This document shows positions 25,924 to 29,857 of a DNA stretch of 29,857 nucleotides, in pieces. Source of the DNA: Candidatus Krumholzibacteriia bacterium (lineage in GTDB: Bacteria > Krumholzibacteriota > Krumholzibacteriia > JAJRXK01); assembly GCA_041484665.1 (NCBI GenBank), contig JBGPIA010000030.1, positions 1 to 29,857 on the forward strand. The letters are read 5' to 3'. The first letter of the stretch is position 1. Each line of letters starts with the position of its first letter. Position numbers and translations under genes: made by a program. The notes beneath the pieces were generated by a model. That model was given only the letters and a program-made list of their open reading frames with translations, ran no database searches and had not been told where the DNA came from.

Positions 25924-27033
25924 ATGAAGAGCTGGACCAAGGAAGAGCTGCTGTCGCGGACCGTCGACCACGTCGACATCACCCGCTTCGACGCCCGGCC
26001 CATTGTCGAGGCCTACGGCAAAATGGCCTTTCAGGCGCGCAACCTGGCTCGGGCCACCGAGGTCTACAACCGCGCGCTGGCCGACCAGGACTGCGCCGTG
26101 ATCCTGACACTGGCGGGCTCGCTGATCAGCGCCGGGCTGAAGAAGACCTTCGTCACGCTGCTCGAGCACAACATGGTCGACGCGATCGTCACTACCGGCG
26201 CTAACATCGTCGATCAGGACTTCTTCGAGGGGCTGGGCTTCCACCACTACCAGGCGCCCGGCGCTCCTGAGAACCCAGTGGTGAAGGACGAGACGCTGCG
26301 CGAGATGGCCATCGACCGCATCTACGACACCTACATCGACGAGGAGCAACTGCGCGCGTGTGACGACACCGTAAAGAAAGTGGCCGACGAGCTGGGGCCG
26401 GGAGCCTACTCCTCGCGACAGTTCATCGACCGCATGGGCGCCTGGCTGGTCAAGCACGGGCCCCAGGCAGAGTCGATCGTGCGCACGGCGCACAAGCTGC
26501 GCGTGCCGATCTTCGCGCCGGCCTTCAGCGACTGCAGCGCCGGTTTCGGACTGGTCATGCAGCAGGTGCAGCATCCGGGCGAGGACGAGCAGATCATGAT
26601 CGACTCGGTGCGAGACTTCCGCGAGCTGACCGCGCTGAAGGTCCACTGCAAGGAGACCGCGCTGCTCATGATGGGCGGCGGCGTGCCCAAGAACTTCGTG
26701 CAGGACACCGTGGTGGCGGCCGAGCTATTGGGCAAGGAAGCTCCCATGCACAAGTATGCCGTACAGATCACGGTCGCCGACGTGCGCGATGGAGCGCTCA
26801 GCAGCTCGACGCTGCGCGAGGCCTGCTCATGGGGCAAGGTCGACACCGTATTCGAGCAGATGGTCTACGGCGAGGTGACGGCGTTCCTTCCGATCCTGGC
26901 GAGCGCGGCCTACCATGGCGGGGCCTGGAAGGGCCGCAAGGCGCGCAAGCTGTGCGACGTGCTGGACGCGCAAGCGAGGACGGGCGCGGGAGCCGCCGGC
27001 GCGCCGGCGCGCACCTTGGCGGCGCCGCGGTAA
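25924..27033 (+). CDS. speY: Deoxyhypusine synthase-like protein (SpeY-like polyamine aminobutyl transferase)
   Basis: AGAAAGGGA SD; HVDITRFDARPIV, AGSLISAGL, VDAIVTTGANIVDQDFFE, IDRIYDTYIDEE, PAFSDCSAGFG, GGGVPKNF and DGALSSSTLREACSWGKV (catalytic Lys); downstream of speA. Confidence 0.88.
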   Translation: MKSWTKEELLSRTVDHVDITRFDARPIVEAYGKMAFQARNLARATEVYNRALADQDCAVILTLAGSLISAGLKKTFVTLLEHNMVDAIVTTGANIVDQDFFEGLGFHHYQAPGAPENPVVKDETLREMAIDRIYDTYIDEEQLRACDDTVKKVADELGPGAYSSRQFIDRMGAWLVKHGPQAESIVRTAHKLRVPIFAPAFSDCSAGFGLVMQQVQHPGEDEQIMIDSVRDFRELTALKVHCKETALLMMGGGVPKNFVQDTVVAAELLGKEAPMHKYAVQITVADVRDGALSSSTLREACSWGKVDTVFEQMVYGEVTAFLPILASAAYHGGAWKGRKARKLCDVLDAQARTGAGAAGAPARTLAAPR

Positions 27034-27054
27034 TCGCGGGCGGTTGCCGGCGTT

Positions 27055-27166
27055 GTAGCGGCACAGCGGTCGTCTCGACACCGCGGTCGTCGTGGGCGCG
27101 TGCGGCGGGCGTAGTGGCACAGCGGTCGTCGCGGGAGAGCGGTCGTCGTGGGATGTCGCGGCGCGC
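27055..27166. repeat. 56-bp diverged tandem duplication (each unit has two GCGGTCGTC cores)
   Basis: GTAGyGGCACAGCGGTCGTC-N8-GCGGTCGTCGTGGG-N5-GCGGCG at 27055 and 27111. Confidence 0.85.
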
Positions 27167-27302
27167 TCCGGAAGTGCCTGTAGTATTAGCCCGGATTATT
27201 CGGTGCGCCACGAAGACGTGGAAGACCAGCGGATGAAGGATCCCGGCCAGGCGACCGAACTTGCAACGCGCAGTCGGAACCCCCGCAGATCGGCCTTATT
27301 TC

Positions 27303-28481
27303 CTACTGCTCCCTGTGTTCGCGGAAGCGCCACTTCACGTTTCCCAACGTACTGTTTCGGGGACCAAGTGGGTCGCTCGCGAATGGCTCGAACTGCACAA
27401 TCACGTTTAGCGCTGGATCGTCTGAGCTGTCTCGTATCCTGCTCGCAATGCTGTCGGGGTTGCTGATTCCCCAGTAGTTACCCGTCAAGTCTACAATTGC
27501 AGGCGAAGCTCTAATGCACTGATGCGCGCGTACAAGCAGCATCCCATCGCCTAGAATGTGGCTCTCGTGCAAGTCTACGGTCGCACAAGCAGTCAGGGTG
27601 ATGGTCTCGAAACTCGCTCCACGCAGTACGTTTCGACGTCCGGTGATCACGCCGCCAAATTCACCCTTCAGACTGGAGCGGCCCCCTATGAGTTGCACAT
27701 TCGTGAGATCTATGAACGACTCATTCACGGCAATCACACCGATGTTTAGAAAACCCTCGATTCGTACGAACGTTATGGTACCTGAGGATAGTCCCTCGTA
27801 CTGTATTCCAACGGTTCCCCCAGTAATCGTACAGTGTTCAATATGTACGTTCTGGTTGTCGAGCACCTCGATTGCGAGGGCGTTCGCATCGAATATGCAG
27901 TGACGTACGGCCACCGGTCCCGTGCCGGCATAAAAGACCACTCCGTCACCGCTCTGCTCCCGAAAGGTGCATGAGTCAACGGTGACGGTTGAGCCCAGAT
28001 TTGATGCCAAACCGGTGTCTGTCCTCTGAATCTCGCATGCACTTACGCGGGCGCCGCCGCGCAGTTCAATCCCATCGTGCACCCCAGATACCGACAAGTT
28101 CCTGATCTCCAGGTAGGTCAGGGTATCGCGCATCGCAATCCCCGTAGGCTCTTGGCCCCAGTAGCTCGGAGTCTCGGGTCCGATGATCGTCGAGCCTGCA
28201 CCTGCGCCGATGAGGGTCAGGCTGTCAGCCGTGACACCAGCGAACGTGTCCTTGATCAGGATGTCCTCGATCGCGAACGGGGCGAACTCGAGATAGCGTC
28301 CAGGCCCGATCCGCACGGTGTCGCCTCGCGCCGCGGCATCGAGCGCAGGCTGGATCGTGGTGAAATCGCCCGTCCCATCCTGGCGCACGAGCCATGTCGC
28401 CGCGGATGCGAGGCAGGGCACCAGCACCTCCAGCACCGCGAGGGCGAAGCCGGCCCGGCGGGGTGTATACCGTCGGCCCAT
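27303..28481 (-). CDS. Secreted right-handed parallel beta-helix (pectin-lyase/NosD-like) protein
   Basis: Signal peptide ending ...CLASA; ATWLVRQDGTGDFTTIQPALDAAARGDTVRIGPGRY, LTLIGAG...TII, ~22-aa coils and DLTGNYWG. Start uncertain (28481-28535). Confidence 0.85.
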   Translation of the reverse strand: MGRRYTPRRAGFALAVLEVLVPCLASAATWLVRQDGTGDFTTIQPALDAAARGDTVRIGPGRYLEFAPFAIEDILIKDTFAGVTADSLTLIGAGAGSTIIGPETPSYWGQEPTGIAMRDTLTYLEIRNLSVSGVHDGIELRGGARVSACEIQRTDTGLASNLGSTVTVDSCTFREQSGDGVVFYAGTGPVAVRHCIFDANALAIEVLDNQNVHIEHCTITGGTVGIQYEGLSSGTITFVRIEGFLNIGVIAVNESFIDLTNVQLIGGRSSLKGEFGGVITGRRNVLRGASFETITLTACATVDLHESHILGDGMLLVRAHQCIRASPAIVDLTGNYWGISNPDSIASRIRDSSDDPALNVIVQFEPFASDPLGPRNSTLGNVKWRFREHREQ

Positions 28482-29252
28482 CTTCTGGGTTCTTGACACC
28501 ACGTACCTCACCCTCGCAATCAGCGCATGGTGCACCGAGGGCGAACCGCGGGACTACTACGCTCGAGCACCACGCAAGGACGCGCATCGTGATCCGGCAA
28601 GTCAAATGCGGAAGGCGCTACCTCTGCGGGCCTGCGGGCGGCCGGCACGCGATGGCGATGAGCCGGAGCTCCGGGCCGCGGAGCTGGGAAACCCATCACG
28701 TGACCGGCCGGACGCAGGCGTCTTCTGGGCTCTTTCCGGTAGCTTCCTTACGAGACTGCGGTCGCTGCGAGCAGGCGACTTGTCGCGCAGATTCTGATCC
28801 CGGAATCCACTCTTGGCATCTGCCGTTGGAGGCTTTTGTCGGCGACTGCCCTGATTTCAGGAGTGTGTACTGATTCCCGGAATGTGTCCTGGAATCATGA
28901 CACAGGCATAACAGACTGGAACTCATTCGATTGCGCGCGCGGGGCCAGTCGCGCGCACGGTGCGCCTAACACCGGCGTCAACGGCGCGTGACGGGCCGCC
29001 GAGAGCCGGTCGATGTAAGCCCCACAATCACAAGCACTCACATCTGCCAGCGCATGTTGCAGGTTCCGGCACAGCGGCTGCATTGTCCAAGTGGTCGACA
29101 GCGCACGCGAGGGTAGGCGCGGGACGCGGGACCGAACGGTATGGCCGTGCGCGGGGTTCGGTGATCGTCATGAGTGGATGCCCGCGGGCCAGGCGCGACG
29201 CCTGCGGGCCGCAGATCACGACAGCGAGTCAGATGCGGTACGGGTAGCGCGC

Positions 29253-29490
29253 CACTGCGCTGGACCGGGTGGTGCATCGCGGCGGGCCAAGCTGCGACTG
29301 CGAACGGCCGGATTAGGCGGCGCGACAGGCCGCCGGTCGACTGCGAACGGCCGGATCGAGGGGGTCGGCGGGGGTGATCGGCGGCTGCCAGCGGCTGGAT
29401 CAAGTGGGTCGACAGGGGCGAATGGTGACTGCGAACGGCCGGATCGAGCGCCGTCGACCGAAGCCAACAACGGTGGCGAACGTCGGCAAG
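29253..29490. repeat. 43-44-bp periodic array with conserved 18-bp core GACTGCGAACGGCCGGAT
   Basis: Exact cores at 29296, 29339 and 29427; a 4-mismatch core at 29383; weaker cores at 29253 and about 29472. Confidence 0.85.
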
Positions 29491-29857
29491 GTATCCATCC
29501 GGCGATCCCATCCCCAGGATACGACGTCACGCGCAGCGGGATAGAGCCGTCGATCGGTCAGGCAGCGGCTTGATTCTGGGCGGGTAGCGACGCCGCTTGC
29601 TGAGCAGCCCAGGCGTCGGGCAGCAGATCGGCCATCCGCTCGCGCGGCCAGCCCTCGGCCAGCTTCTGCAGTACGTCAGTCAGGTAGGTGTAGGTGTTCA
29701 CCCCGTGCAGCGCGCACGTCCGCAGCAGGCTGTAGAGGATCGCGGCGCGCTCGGCGCCCTCATCACTGCCGGCGAACAGGTAGTTCTTCCTGCCCACCGC
29801 CAGGCTGCGGATCTGCAGCTCGCACAGGTTGTTGTCCAGGCGCAGCTCCCCATCCTC
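29491..29857 (-). mobile_element. IS66-family element, right end (runs off the window)
   Basis: Terminal GTATCCATCCGGCGATCCC at 29491 plus the 3' end of the transposase; inverted copy of 1-138. Confidence 0.93.
29558..29857 (-). CDS. tnpC: IS66 transposase, C-terminal fragment (5' truncated by the window edge)
   Basis: EDGELRLDNNLCELQIRSLAVGRKNYLFAGSDEGAERAAILYSLLRTCALHGVNTYTYLTDVL...DLLP is the characteristic IS66 TnpC C-terminus. Confidence 0.95.
   Translation of the reverse strand, partial: EDGELRLDNNLCELQIRSLAVGRKNYLFAGSDEGAERAAILYSLLRTCALHGVNTYTYLTDVLQKLAEGWPRERMADLLPDAWAAQQAASLPAQNQAAA

Noticed and set aside
25924..27033. Eukaryote/archaea-style hypusination or inter-domain transfer
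   Set aside because: Bacterial DHS-like proteins beside speA are known polyamine enzymes; composition is host-like and no eIF5A-like gene is present.
29296..29444. CRISPR array
   Set aside because: The core is only 18 bp, the linkers are related to one another and there are no cas genes in the window; kept as a periodic repeat instead.

Overview
GC-rich (~70%) bacterial segment bounded at both edges by the 3' (right) ends of two near-identical IS66-family elements in inverted, tail-to-tail orientation (1-138 on +, 29491-29857 on -). Between them lie about 19 mostly chromosomal-type genes. Secreted or surface proteins: two beta-helix proteins, a protein with three tandem ~160-aa domains plus a PNPFNP/FlgD-Ig tail, a large Asp-box (BNR/VPS10-like) propeller protein coupled to an exported intradiol dioxygenase-like protein, a small outer-membrane barrel and a propeller lipoprotein. 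Transporters: ClcB-like CLC, AspT/YidE family and TerC. Others: pirin, a DUF1579-like protein, an aldo/keto reductase, DinB, a CPBP protease, a compact small-protein/nucleotidyltransferase pair, and speA plus a deoxyhypusine-synthase-like gene (speY-like). The PNPFNP tails suggest an FCB-group organism such as Krumholzibacteriota, Eisenbacteria or Latescibacterota (inference only). The best leads are: (i) a near-identical leaderless promoter in front of speA and in front of a 9-codon uORF (MPAPRRPVF) heading the speY-like gene, a candidate polyamine leader-peptide control; (ii) the unrecognised triplicated domain; (iii) a sigma54-type promoter on a mini-barrel with a TonB-box-like motif; (iv) a 43-44-bp periodic array next to the right IS. 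I saw no tRNA, rRNA, cas genes or convincing CRISPR array. All family calls come from motif recognition by eye, not from database searches.
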